The notes under the pieces: generated by a model
What the model saw: only the letters and a program-made list of their open reading frames with translations
Told to the model about the DNA's origin: nothing
The model's database searches: none
Position numbers and translations under genes: made by a program
Shown here: positions 11,051 to 24,801 of the stretch, piece by piece
Layout of the letters: every line of letters starts with the position of its first letter
Numbering within the stretch: position 1 is the stretch's first letter
Source of the DNA: Adineta vaga
Taxonomy: Eukaryota; Animalia; Rotifera
Length of the DNA: 64,000 bases
Reading direction: 5' to 3'
Assembly: GCA_021613535.1 (NCBI GenBank)
Contig: CP075497.1
Location: 1,860,001-1,924,000, forward strand

Positions 11051-12997
11051 ATGGAACAAAAATCAAATCGTGTACAACAGTTCATACAAAGTCTACGAGA
11101 AAGTAAAAGACCTATTCATCTTTTTCGTTAAATATTCATTTAAAATAGAACATCACAATCATCAACCTCCACAATGTGAATTTTCAACAGGTAAGAATTT
11201 CTTTGTTTTATTAAATAAATAAATAAATGAAGATTTTATTTTAAGATAAAAAATGGCTTGATATTCAGTTTGATTCTCATGAACGAATAGTAAAGCCTAA
11301 TGATCTTCTACATGATATGAAAGACCCACCGGGTTCAATCAATCGAAGAATATTAAACAAAATTCAAGGATCTTTAATTGGAATAGCTTTAGGCGATGCT
11401 TTAGGAGCGCACGTAGAATTTCGTCCTCGTCAATATTTAGTGGAAAATCCAGTTAAAGATCTCGTAGGAGGTGGCACTTGGGGTCTTAAAAAAGGACAGG
11501 TATTGTACTACGACAAGATAAAAAGCCTCAGCAGTACATTCATGTTTGCCTTTTTCTAATCAGACAAACAATTGTATGCTATAAAATATAAAAATAAGTC
11601 ATGTCTTTTTCTAAGTCATACATTCAGCAGTAGTATGACGTCACTTGAAAATTTGATATCTTCGAAAGTCATGCCGAGTTATACTACACTAAACAAATAT
11701 TAAATAGCAAAGAAATCGACTTCTGAAAATATGTTTTGAGTTTCAATGACAAATGATTTATAAGAATATTTTCGAAATACTTAAAAAAGAATCACGATAT
11801 TCCATCGCATAGGAATGACTGAGTGTGTAAATAGTTTCGCTCGAGATTAAAGAATTTATATTTTAGTTTACTGATGATACTTCGATGACACTATGCTTGG
11901 CTATATCATTAATCACTCGTCGTGGTTTTGTTCCATATGATCAATTAGTTCGATATAAATGGTGGTATCAAAATGGATATATGTCATCAACTGGACAATG
12001 TTTTGATATAGGTGCAGGAACTCGACAATCCCTTGAAGTATTTATTAATCGTCAACGTAAATGGGAAAAAAGATATAGGACCCGTGTTTATAGCTTGGAT
12101 CGACTCTCAGATGATGATTATCTTCAAAGATTCAAGGTCTATTGTAGTAGAAATATTGGAGCTGGTAATGGAGCTCTAATGAGAGTAGCACCAGTTTCAC
12201 TTTTTTTTTATAAGTTTCCAAACATAGCCATTGAATATTCAGGTATTAGTGGACAGATTACTCATGGAGATAAGGAAGCTTATGATGCTTGTCGGTACTA
12301 TGGAGCTTTGATATGTGCTGTTATGAATGGTGTTGAAAAAGCACAACTTCTTGACAACAATTTTTATCAAAGTCAGAGAATTTTCGATGATAATCCACTT
12401 TGTGATGAAATTAGGATGGTTGCTGAAGGATCTTACAAGAAGAAAGGTGGTTATGATGAAGGAATAAGAGGAAAAGGTTATATAGTTTATGCTCTTGAGG
12501 CTGCTTTATGGGCATTTTGGTCTGATAATGACTGTTTTGAAAAAGGTGTACTAGCTGCTATCAATTTAGGTGATGATACTGATACGACAGCTGCTATTTA
12601 TGGTCAATTAGCTGGTGCATACTACGGATATGATCGATTACCTCAGAATTGGGTTAAAGAACTGTATGCAAAAGATTTTATATTAAACATCAGTAAATGG
12701 CTAGCATATGAAGGCGAAAAATGGAAAGAATCAGACATCACACCACCAACACATCATCCATCAAAATATTCATCTTCTTGTGATAATCTTACAGTCGATG
12801 TATTAACTAGAGATTATTCTAGAGATCTATCGGCTCCTGTTTCTGAACCATCATCACCAAAGAACAAATCTTTTTGGAATAGATTCTTGCACCCTTTTCG
12901 CGGTAAGAAACAATCATCACATTCGCTTACGAAAATGTCTTATACACCTCATCCTCCAAGAAAACCAAGACAACGTCGTCTTTCAGATCCAAAATAA
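11051..12997 (+). CDS. ADP-ribosylglycohydrolase (DraG/ARH family), 4 exons
   Basis: GIALGDALG, GQ|FTDDTSM joined across a 367-bp intron (11500-11866), GNGALMR, ITHG, GDDTDTTAAIYGQLAGA; two short 5' introns give an in-frame start at 11051 (start less certain). Confidence 0.92.
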
Positions 12998-13547
12998 ACA
13001 TTCTTTCGAAATAATTCAATCGTACGAGATAACTTTGACTTTAAAGATTAATTTTATTTGCATTTAGAAAAAAAACGAATTTTTTCGTAGTTTTTTTAAA
13101 CATTCGTTGATGTATATGATTTGAATGAGGAAACAAAAATAGTATATAAAATTCAACAAATATATGAGATACAATTCAAATGAAAATCTGTCTTTCATGC
13201 TAAATACATAGTTACAATCTTCTATTTGGTAAACGAATAAATATACTTATCGACATGTCATGGTATACCATACGGTTTATCATCAGTGTTGATAAACTAT
13301 AAAGAGCCTGTTTCTGCGAAACATGAAACTAAATATTCTCGGAATTGATTCATCGAGTTTCAATGAGTAAATATTGACAAAGTATGACAACCATATTTTA
13401 CTTTTTTTTCTACCTACTTTTTCATGGAAAAGTATAATCGAACATTGTCTTTCATTGCTCAATGTAATTCATGAATGGTGACATCTGTAACTCATTCTAC
13501 GTAATGGTTAAATATTTCCTTCATTTCAGATATTGAGAAAGATCACG

Positions 13548-14519
13548 ATGGCATCGACTAGTAAATCTGCGAATGTAGATGTAAATCAAACAATGGATAC
13601 TGAAATGAAATCATTAATTAATCAAGCAGCTGAGTTAATAATTAGTTGTGAAGCGATTTTATTCACAAGTGGTGCTGGCATGGGTGTCAGTAGTGGACTT
13701 GGAACATTCCGAGGTATTGCAGCTGGTGTTTGGCCACCTCTATTGAAACATAAAGATTTAGATTTTACTGATATGAGTAATCCACAATGGTTCGAAAAAG
13801 CACAAGGAAATAGTGAAGAACATAATACAGCAAATTTCGGTTATGCATTTTGGGCATATCGATATAATGCTTACACATCATCAGCTCCACATATTGGTTA
13901 TGAAATTGCAAAACAATGGAGTCGTTTCAATCATGTTAAGTATTCATTTAGTTTTACAAGCAATATTGATGGTCATTGGATAAAATCAGGTTGGGATGAA
14001 TCATCGATTTTAGAATGTCATGGATCAATTCATTATATGCAATGTATTCAACCATGTCGTAACAAAATATGGGAAACAAATAGTTCATTAAATCTTCTAA
14101 TTGATCCAAAAACTGATTGCGTCATTGATAATTTACCAAAATGTCTTTATTGTAAAAGATTAGCAAGACCGAATGTCTTAATGTTTGGTGATGGAAATTA
14201 TTTAGGACGAAGAAAGAATGAACAAGTATTAAATTTTTCTAACTTTCAATCAAATATAGAAAAAATGAAAGGAAGATTATTAATTATTGAATTAGGTGCT
14301 GGTACAGCTGTTCCAACAGTTCGAATAGAAAGTGAAAAAAGATTTGCAGATAACCGATGGAATGCTGATTTTATTCGTATTAATCCATTGAAAGAAGATG
14401 CAATAGTTAGTCCTTATTGGAGAAATAAAGGACAAGGACAAATATTAGAATTGACTCTTGATGCATTGACAGCTTTAACATTAATTAACGAAGTTATTAA
14501 AGAGAAAATGAAATCATAA
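13548..14519 (+). CDS. Sir2-family NAD-dependent deacylase, bacterial-type, intronless
   Basis: GAGMGVSSGLGTFRG, TSNIDGH, ECHGS (catalytic His), CxxxC...CxxC Zn site, RPNVLMFGD, IELGAGTAVPTVR, IRINP. Confidence 0.92.
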   Translation: MASTSKSANVDVNQTMDTEMKSLINQAAELIISCEAILFTSGAGMGVSSGLGTFRGIAAGVWPPLLKHKDLDFTDMSNPQWFEKAQGNSEEHNTANFGYAFWAYRYNAYTSSAPHIGYEIAKQWSRFNHVKYSFSFTSNIDGHWIKSGWDESSILECHGSIHYMQCIQPCRNKIWETNSSLNLLIDPKTDCVIDNLPKCLYCKRLARPNVLMFGDGNYLGRRKNEQVLNFSNFQSNIEKMKGRLLIIELGAGTAVPTVRIESEKRFADNRWNADFIRINPLKEDAIVSPYWRNKGQGQILELTLDALTALTLINEVIKEKMKS

Positions 14520-14790
14520 GAATACTTTGCAAGTGATATTTTTTTTAACAATGTAATATTTTATGTCAAATATCAAATCTATTTTTCTTGATTTTTAAAT
14601 ATTAATAAACATAACTATGAGTTTATTTGAAATATTTAATCTTGATCAATACTTGACGTTCATTATAAAAGAATGACGCGTGGGTGAATCATAAAGTGCA
14701 AATGATTGATCTTGTCATCATACAAAATCATGATTTTCCTACGTATATATAAAGCTGATTTCCATATGTTTTTTACATTTCAATCGAATC

Positions 14791-17700
14791 ATGAACTTTA
14801 ATTTTATCCTTGTATTTATCTCTTTAATACATTCAATTGATACAGTTCGAATTCTCGGACTTTTTCCTCGATATGAAGATACATCTGTTGATTATTCGAA
14901 ATATTATCCTACTAATCATTGGACATTTCAAACTATTGCAATGTTTCGTGCAGCTTTAACTCTTGCTGATCAATATCAAATCCATATAAATTCTACAATT
15001 ATTCAAACAACAAGTGAAGGAAATGGTTTTACCGAATTAGATTTAATCTGTCGAGAAATCAAAGATACATCAAAATCAGATATTATTGGTATTATTGGAC
15101 CATCAGCATCAACTAAAGCACGTTTTCTTGCAACATTTGCTGGACATATCGGTTTACCATTGATATCCTATGCTGCAACGAATGCTGAACTTAATGATCC
15201 ACTTGTTTATCCAACATTTTATCGTACAGTTCCATCGGATATTCTTTTAGCTGAAGCAATTATTCAATTATTCGAATATTTTAAATGGAAAACATGTACA
15301 TTGATTTTAACGAAAGATGATTATGGTTATGGTGGATTGAAAATTTTATCAGAAATTTATCATTTAAATTTAACGATTAAAGAACGATTAATTTTCGATC
15401 CAATATCTGATAAATTTCATGTAAATATGACAAAAACATTGAAGAAAAGTCAATCACGTATTGTATTAATTTGGGCAAATCACGATTCATCAACAAGAAT
15501 TCTTCAACATGCATTTAATGAAAATCTTTTCGATAGTTCATATGTTTGGTTAATGACAAATAAAGTAAATTTTAAAAATCTATTCTTCTTCTTCTTCTTC
15601 TCAATCTTCTAATGAGTTTTTAGATCGATTTCAATGCATTTCCATCGATACATTTATTAAAATTAGAAGGTATTCTTGCGGTAATTCCAATTATCGATAA
15701 TGAAACCAATGAAAATTTACGAAAACAAGCTTTAAATATTTGGCGTCAGTCAGAGAAAGATAGAGATTATTTTCCGGATCATATTTCTTCGTTAAATCCA
15801 TATGCAATGTATACATTTGATGCCGTGTGGAGTTTAATTGAAGCATTGAATAAATCTTCATCTGATCATGAATCTCCATCGATGTTTACTTCAACACATT
15901 GTTTTGATAATCGATTAATAAATGATGAGAAATATCAAATGTATTTACAAAATACACACTTTTTTGGTGTATCAGGAAAGGTTCAATTTGTTAAGAATAT
16001 TTCAAATGATCGTTTTAATGATGTTTCTTATGCACTGTATAATTTACAATCGATGAAAGAGGAATATGAAGTAAGAAAAATCGAGATAAAATATGTGAAT
16101 ATTATGATTTGGTATAAAAAAACTCGTCAATGGACATTGGTGAATGATAAACAAAACACTGATATTATCTGGCCAGATGAAAATTTAGATTATGTACCAA
16201 CGGATTATCCTCAACTTCAAGGTTAGTTCAATCAATTCGTTTATATTAAAGATGAAAAGATCTGATTGAAACTTCTAAGATTTATCTAGTGGACAAAATT
16301 TACGTATTCCATAAGAATATCAACTTTCCCATCCTTCAGGATTTCTCTCGATGTACTCTTTCTTTAGTCTATCAAAACTTTTCTACAAAATCGTTGGGAT
16401 TCGATACAACGCATGGTAACAAATTGATTATTTTATCTACTTGTAATGATAGAGAAACTAGTTCTCTACACAATTAGTTCCTCTATCATCAGAAGTAGGT
16501 GAACTAATGATCGTAATGAGTAGCATTGAAACTACAGTCCGATACATTCTCTCTCGAGATGATCTAGACCGACTTTCGTGTGAAACACACTTATTCACAT
16601 AGATTTTGTCGATCCGACTAAGATCTGAGTATGAAAATTCTATTTAGGTAAATTTGTACGTATTTTCGTTATTGAAGCTCCTCCATTTGTTATTGTACGT
16701 AATATTTCAAGTGAAAATTATCCTTCAAATAATTTTGATTATATCAATTTTCGTTCTGAACCATTGAAAACTCTTGATAAAAATATTCTTATTTATGGCT
16801 TTGTTGCTGATTTTATTCATGAACTTCAAGATGCAATTCATTTTAATTATAGTCTTCGAGTAGCTGATCCAACAACAAATTATCATTCGCTTGTTGCTCT
16901 ATTAACACATCAACGACGAGAACATGATATGATTTTATCGGATATTCGAATAACTTCAAATCGTTTATTAACAGTGGATTTTTCTAAGCCATTTCATGAA
17001 AATACATTTCGAATTATTATTCGACAAAATCCTTATTCATCTTCAACACTTTTTTCATGTTTTAATCCATTTACTTGGGATGTTTGGATTGCAATACTAG
17101 CTGTGATTATTTATTCAGGTATTATTATCTATTTCTTCGAATGTCGAAATAAAATCATTGAAAATGATCAATCAAGAGTGAAATCTATATTGATTGGTGT
17201 ATGTCATGCATTGAGTAGTGTAATTATAATGAATGCGGATATACGTTTAACAACAAATCCAAGTCGATTAACTGTTTTAGGTTTATATGCACTAGGAATT
17301 ATACTTGTTGCAACGTATACAGCAAATCTATCGTCGTTTCTTACATTAAATCGTGGTCAACCATTGATATCAGGTATTGATGATATTAAAAATGGTCGTT
17401 TACCATTCTCACGTATTGGTATTGTTGTTAATTCTGCTGTTTCAGATTATTATATACAAAATATTCATTCAATCTATCATCCATTATCATCAGCCGAAGA
17501 AATCTATTTACGTTTATTAGATCATACAATTGATGCAGCTATATGGGATTCATCTGTACTTGAATATGCAGTTAATAATTTCTATTGTAATCGATTAACT
17601 GTTATTGGTGTTGGTTTTGTTAAATCATCATTTGCTGTTGTTTTACCAAAAAATTGGCCGTATAAAACGGATTTAGATGTTCATATTTTAGAAATGCGCG

Positions 17701-17939
17701 AAAGTGAAAAATTAGATAATATTGAAAATACATGGTTAGATTATCGACAATGTTCTTCAACATCAATGATAAATAGCGGAAGAACAAATGAACCTAATAT
17801 TCAAATCTTTTCATTGGATATTATGTCCGGACTTTTTCTAACATTTCTTATTATAACTGCAATCGCATTTGGAGTTCATTTATGGTATTATCGAACAATT
17901 ATTATTCAGAGTTTTTGTCATCGTATTCAACGAGTATGA
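14791..17939 (+). CDS. Ionotropic glutamate receptor-like channel (ATD + LBD, plant-GLR-like); exons 14791-15564, 15624-16221, 16648-17939
   Basis: Signal peptide; ATD motifs IIGPSAS, PLISYAAT, YPTFYRTVPSD; S1 DIRITSNR, VDFSKPF; PFTWDVW; M3 ATYTANLSSFLT; M4 SGLFLTF. Confidence 0.9.
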
Positions 17940-18095
17940 TTCATTCTCAAAATCATCACAACACATCAAATCGGAAATCTATTATTGACACGATTTTTGT
18001 TTTTATCTAAGATTTATACTGATAAGTTATCTAAGATTAAACTGATTTCTTAAAAAAGAAAAAGGAAAAAATATTTACTTCGATATTTTGTAAAG

Positions 18096-18611
18096 ATGAA
18101 AAGTATTGTATTTTTACTAATGTGTATTGTTACTCAAACTACTGCTAGCAATAGTACACGTAAGGAAATTATTTAACTTAATCGTCTGTTCAGAAAATCT
18201 CTATTTAAATTAGAATCAATTTCATCGTATGTGAGTTTTGTTACCCCGAAGATTGTTCCATTTCTACTTGGTACTTATCGTTTTGATACATTGGAATCCG
18301 TTGAATTTCCACTCGATGTTATATTTCCATCAACTGCACGTAAGGTGAATATAATCGTTTTCATTCGAAGTGGAATGAATTCTTATGAAACTGCGTTTAA
18401 TCTTTGGCTATGGACAGAATGTCCTGAGAAAAGTCTCATTGATACAAAATTCAAACGTGGCTATCGATATAATCAAAATGCTTATTCATTTGATTCTGAA
18501 ACACTTGAATTTTCATATTGTTCATCGAAACCGAAACTTTATGCAATTACAGACAATCAAGCAAATAATGTACATGTAGAATTATATGCTGCAGGTTATA
18601 CAAAGGTTTAA
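18096..18611 (+). CDS. Small secreted protein of unknown function (~153 aa), 2 exons
   Basis: MKSIVFLLMCIVTQTTAS signal peptide spliced in frame (intron 18160-18213) to ORF 18231..18611; AATAAA downstream. Confidence 0.7.
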
Positions 18612-18982
18612 AGAGTTGTTCAACGATATGATACACAATTTCTAATTATATTGAAAGGCGAAAATAAACATGTAGTTCTTTCGTGTTATTATTGAAATAA
18701 TAACATAGAAATGTGTGATAACAAAATTATTTCTATTGATAAGTCGAGTCTTAGACAAATACATAGAACTAATGTTGATATTTCTTATCTTAGGTTTATA
18801 ATTAATCCGAATTGTCAAAAGATAAGAACAACGATGAAATATGAAGTTCTTACAATATATTCGAAGTTAAAATAAATGTATAATAGAATTTGATTTATTA
18901 GATTTGAAAATCAAACGGTTAGTTTCACAAATCACGAATAAAAAAATGATCTAAAATGCATAGATGTAAATCACAGAAATAC

Positions 18983-21900
18983 TCATTCATCGATCGATCG
19001 AATATCTAAACAAATTTATCAATAGAAAATATCTAATCATATCAATAACACAACCCTTACCACTTGTTGTTATCGCTGATCGCAATCTTGGTTTTGGTTC
19101 TCGAGACATTTTCACACGTTCCATTGCATCCATCATCCATTGCATACATCGATTCATCTTAAATAAATAAAATAGAAAAAGAAACTTTTCATATTATTTC
19201 ATCTTACTTCTTCAGCATAAGTACGAAGATCTCCAACAGCCTTTTTAATTGATGACATTTCATCTGTAATTGCTTTTATATCAACATTGGATGAGATTTG
19301 AGGAGTATTAAGTGCATCTGATGTTGCAGATGACGTTTCTTGTCGTGCAATAGCTGGTATAAGAGCAGCAGCAGATGTTGGTTGACCAGTAACAACTGTT
19401 CGAGCATATAAATTTGTTGCATAACTTTCAAATTCTGACCATTCTTTATCAATATTTCGAGTAGTAGCAACCATTTCTAAAATATTTTGTATGAAATTAT
19501 TTTTCAAAGATAATCTTAGAAATCTATTTACTAAATGTTTTCGCTCGTTTTGTATATAAAGATGAATGTTTTGAGCATTGTATATGTCGTAAAATTAATT
19601 TGATTAATTCTATCAAATGAGTAATGAAAATAAATGGAGGAAAAAGTGGTGGTCGATCGAAATATTCTCGAACAAATGAATATCGTTCATAACGCCATAC
19701 AAGATCTGTTTGAGTTTGAACTGATTCAAACGTGAAACTAGAAACATTTCAAAGTTCATTATCTTATTTCTAGAAAATGGAAACGTTACCTAAACATCGC
19801 AATAAGAAGATTAATAAGTAGAATATTAACGAATAACATATGAAATGCTAAAAGAACATGTGTTGCAATAGATGTGGGCATATTTGGATTTCCTAGGAAG
19901 AAAGTTCAAAAAAAAATGTTGATAAACAAATCTTATTCATACGATCAAGTGCATCCATTTCGCCACCTGTTTCACCATACATAAGATAATAACTTGGATA
20001 CATAATATGTCGAAAAATAGATCGACCATTAAATGCTAAATCATCACTATCATCATCTGAATTATAATTATACATCGCTCGAGATGTAACACCATATGCA
20101 ACCATGGCAACCAAAATAATATAGATAAAGAAAAATAAATCAATAACCTAAAAAGTATTGAATGAGAAAAGTTCGAAGATGTTCAGATGTTTCAAACAAA
20201 CCATTCGTCGTATCATAACAAGTTTTGGTCCAAGTTTTTGTGCAATACCAAGAAAAGCTAACGATCGAATAAACCAAATTTCTAAGTCATAAGCCAGAAC
20301 AATTTTTGCCGCTGATAAGTCCTCTTCCGTTGATGCTGCGGTAAAACGAAGAATTAAACCAATATAAAAGAGTATATAAGATGCTAAACGAATTGAACTA
20401 AAAAATAGATCTTTTATAAAATAATTTTGTAATTTTCCAACAAAGGATCGATTGTCTTGACAAAGAAACTAGAATATCAAATGAATAAATTAAAGAAATG
20501 ATCAGAAGACAAGTAATTTACTTTTCGAAAATCTTCCATTAACATTGTCGTAACTGTAATAATCACTAAAATTTCTGTCCAATGTATACTTGGAATTTCA
20601 TCTGTTGGGGGATCGAAAGCGAATAAAAGATAATATGAAAATACCAATAAGAAAAAGAGATAACTGGCAGAATTGTATAAAAATTTAATATATGGTGATT
20701 CATGAAATTGTTTTAACCGACGAAAATATCGTTTACATCGTAATGAACAAGTTTTGTTTGTTAGAGTTAAATTATTATCCGAATAATTAATACCATGTGC
20801 ATCCAATCTAAATCATTCAGAACGAACTCATTCGATTCGATTTTTCTTTATTCTTTATTTACCTTTGTATTCTTTTGGGTATTAATGCTCTGGTTTCGTC
20901 TACTGTTTCATTAACAGTCATTTCATGATCTTTCTTTTCATGTTGATGATCAAAACGTTCGCTTTCTCGTTCATCTGGTTTTCGATATGAAACTACTAAT
21001 GGGCCTAATAAACCGAACGTACAAATACTCAAAAGAATTAATAAACGTCGAATTATTGTTGATTGATATGAATCTAATTTATCGTACCAAACATTATTTA
21101 ATAATTGATCACAACATGGTTGTCCAACAAAGTTTTTATCATCTGCATCAACAGCTACCTAAATAAAGACATTTCAGTTTTTTCCGTGCAGACCTTTTGA
21201 GATTAAAGTATGAAACTAACATAGTCTATTTGTGCCTGTGAGAGAGGGAAGAAAAATTCTTTGACTTGAGAAAAAAATCTTACTTGAAGACATGAAACAC
21301 CACCAAAAATATTAATCCGTCGAATGGCGATTTCGCATGCAATAGCTTCATCATAATTATAACAACATTTCAAACATTCATTTGCATATTCTTCAAATTG
21401 CTCAGCTTCCTGAAGTAGAAGTTCTTTGGATTCATTATCACGAGCATATTCTACGTATGATTTCAAGATTTTTGATGCAATTAAAGCAGCACAAATACGT
21501 GCTTGCATATGACTTAAAAACACTTTGGCCATATCGAGACGATTTGTAAGAACAGCCCAAAAAAACAAATCACGATAAGCTAATTCTCGTGCTTCTTTTT
21601 TTGCTTCGTCGGGATCGGGAACTTCATCTTCATCATTTTCATCATCAGAATATAAATCAGTACGACTATCTGAAACTCGACCTCGATTCGTACATCGACA
21701 ACATATTAACAATCGTCCCCAAAATCCATTCACTGCCGGAGCATATGTAGATTTCATATAATCACCTACAACTGTTTTCAAAACATGATCAAGATGGTGT
21801 CTCATTTCAACTGGTCGATTTCCATTACATTTCTCCAAAAGATAAAGACGTTCTTTCTAAAACAAAACAAACCGAATCAAATCATTGACTAAATCGATAT

Positions 21901-24083
21901 TTCTATGTATTTACATCTTTCCCATATTCTTCTTTATAGATTTCAACTAATTGTTTCCATTTTAATTTCCATGGTTTATTTGTTTGACTTTCGTAAAAGA
22001 TTTCTGTTACATCGAAATTTAACTTGATAAATGTATTCACAAATTGTGAACGATCACGTTTAAGTGCTTCAAGAAATAATCCAGTTCTTGATTTATCCTA
22101 ACAATCGAAAAAGAAAAACAATTATCAATGCCAATTTCTTCGTTGAAGAAAACTTTACATCAAGATCACTTAAATCATCTTTAATAATCAATTCTTTGGC
22201 AACTTCAATTGCATCCCAAGCCAAAGCTAAACGTAACAGTTGTTTCTTTGTTGAGACATCGGAACTTTCCGCTTGTTTTGCTAGAAATGAAATAACAAAG
22301 ATAAAAGAAATTGAATAATTATATTTACCATGAATAATCGCTTCAAAGATTGTATCATCTAAATCTAGATCACTATCAAGACTATAAATACGAATTTTTG
22401 AACGAACAGCGGGTTGTAAACAATAAAGAATACAATGAAATAATTCTTCAAAATTTCCATCTTTTTTCGATCCTTTTGATATATCTTTTAAACCATCACA
22501 TATTTCTTCAGCATATGGATGAAATTTCATTTTTAATCTGTCAAAAAAACCCAAAATAGTTATTAAATTCTCTCATGTATATGTTTACCTTTCAATATCA
22601 TTAGTTTCTTTAATATCAATTGCCTTTTTCCATATTGCCATTTCATCTTTTCCCATTCGATTAATCATTGTTTCTGTACGAATCAAAAAATTTGTCAACA
22701 AATTCGGTACTCGACCACTGCCCTATAGAACAATTTCAATAAAATTACATTAAATCTAAGTAAATCAAAGGAATTTACATCAATTAAAACAATAGGAATA
22801 TTTTGACGAAGATCTTTACAGATTGTAAATAAAGTATCTGGTCCACCTTCGACAACGATTGTCACCACAGGAACTTAAATAAACAACGAAACTTTAAGAA
22901 AAAAGAAAATATGTTTAAAAATACCATTTTGTTGTTTAGAAGTAGTATCATCATTGTATTTATAATTAGCAATTTCAAGAACAAGTCTTGAACGATAATC
23001 TCCTGTATCATAGTTGTAATATGTACCATCATCAAGTAAAATAAAATGTGTATGATTAGGTTCTAACTCTTGTTGACTTTTCTTTTCAGTTGTTTTTGAT
23101 GGATTCACATTTACTATCGTCGTTGGTTTAGACTAGAAAAATTGTCAATAGAAAATCAATAAAGGAAAGAAAATTATTGATGTTTCTTTTACAGTAATTA
23201 ATGCTTCGCGATTTTTCGTTGCACCCCATTTTGGACAACCAATAGCTGTAATTTTACTTCGTGGATTTGTTACTTTATGATCATGAATAGCTTCACCAAC
23301 AAGTTGTACAACACCTGTTTTAAATCCAGTTGTTACAATCCATCCATCTAAAAATCGAATTAAACAAAACGAATTTCTTGAAATCCAATAAAATCTTTCG
23401 TTTTTTCACCTGCTTTCAATGCTGCTTGTATAATACCTTTCATAAATTCTCTTTCAAGTCTTTCATTTAGTTTAAAATATTTCGCACCACCAATAATACA
23501 CATGATCAAACGTGGTGGTGTTATTTTCCAAACATTTATCATTAATTCGGCAAGAATCTTCTGATCAGTTTCAATATCACAACGAACATAATGCGCATGA
23601 GTATTTGGAGTATATCCATAGGCATTGTTATAAGCTGAAATTGTATGACGTTTCGCATCCCATTTACCATCATCATCATCAAATATACTCCAAGAATGTT
23701 CACGGTGAAGACGATTACAATAACATTGAGTTTCACTTCGACCTCTAAAATATATGTTAAGTGTTCATTATGCTTTTTCAAATTATATTTATACAACAGA
23801 ATTTAATCAAAATATTGATATCTATTGAATACATACCGGCTAAGTTTACTCTTATCTTTAGGAATAAATGTTGTACATGTTCGTCGTTTAATATTGAGAT
23901 CATGATGAATTGCTCGAGTCCAATCTCCATCCGTGGATAAATTAGACTAATTTGAAGAACAAAAAAAGAACAAACGTTAAGCAATGAAATTAAGATTAAT
24001 TTATCAATTACCAGATGATAATTTGACTCAATACTCTGAATTTTGTTGGAGGCTCGTGTTGATTTGCAACAGTTCGTTGCCAT
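18983..24083 (-). CDS. TRPM-family cation channel without C-terminal NUDT9-H or kinase domain, multi-exon
   Basis: WKITPPRLIMCIIGGA, GWIVTTG, LEPNHTHFILLDDG, IVVEGGP, LALAWD, DLFFWAVL, ALIASKIL, LGPKLVMI, NILLINLLIAMF, TRP box WRYERY and PLFPPF; ends in a coiled-coil tail. Confidence 0.93.
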
Positions 24084-24468
24084 AGTTAAACCTAATAATA
24101 AAATTATTTTATGCAAAACTTTCTAATACATTTTTAGACATATATATATATATTTTTTTTTTCAACTTTCGTTCTCCAACACAACATAACGTCATAGTTG
24201 TCAAAATAAAAAAAACGATAGAACATTATGCTCGCTGTAATCTATGCGATAGCCTCCTATCACTAAGAAAAAAAAATAGCAACAGAAGGACATGAAAGAA
24301 AGAGGTCGCATTTTTTTTAAAGCATTTGACACTTTTTTCCTATGAATAAACTAAGAATTGAACAGTAGAGATTAAAATCAAATCCAATAGATCACATTTG
24401 TATTCTTTATTAATTATTGAAAAAGAAGATACAATACTATGAGTTTATTTCTAAAGAAAACATGAAAT

Positions 24469-24801
24469 CTATTTGCCCCAAAATGCCATAACAATTTTCT
24501 TTTCAACAATTCCTTGTTGAAGTTTAACAAATGCTTTATGATCATCATGAGCCATATATGTATCACGATCTTGTTCATTATCAAAACTTAATAGAAACCC
24601 ATGAGTAAAACCTTGATTTAAATTTTCTTTTCCAATATGTGTTCCACTTTCAAATGCACGTACTTGTGGAACTTTCGTTGTTGCTAATGCTCGAAATTCA
24701 CGTTCAATTTTCGTTATATCAGCTTGACTAGCTGCATCATGAAATTTAAAAAAAACAACATGGCGAAGAAGTTGAGCACCGTTTGCAGCACGACGAAGCA
24801 T
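24469..24801 (-). CDS. Dabb / stress-responsive alpha-beta barrel protein, intronless
   Basis: LRHVVFFKF, NQGFTHGFLLSF, YMAHDDHKAF are the Dabb family pattern. Confidence 0.85.
   Translation of the reverse strand: MLRRAANGAQLLRHVVFFKFHDAASQADITKIEREFRALATTKVPQVRAFESGTHIGKENLNQGFTHGFLLSFDNEQDRDTYMAHDDHKAFVKLQQGIVEKKIVMAFWGK

Noticed and set aside
11636-11643. CRE palindromes TGACGTCA at 11636 and 39468
   Set aside because: Intronic or far from a known start; 8-mers alone are insufficient evidence.
13548-24083. Thoeris-like (SIR2 + SLOG) antiviral system
   Set aside because: The sirtuin is a Zn-binding deacylase type, the SLOG-like region is the normal TRPM N-terminus, and no TIR gene is present; kept only as a loose analogy.
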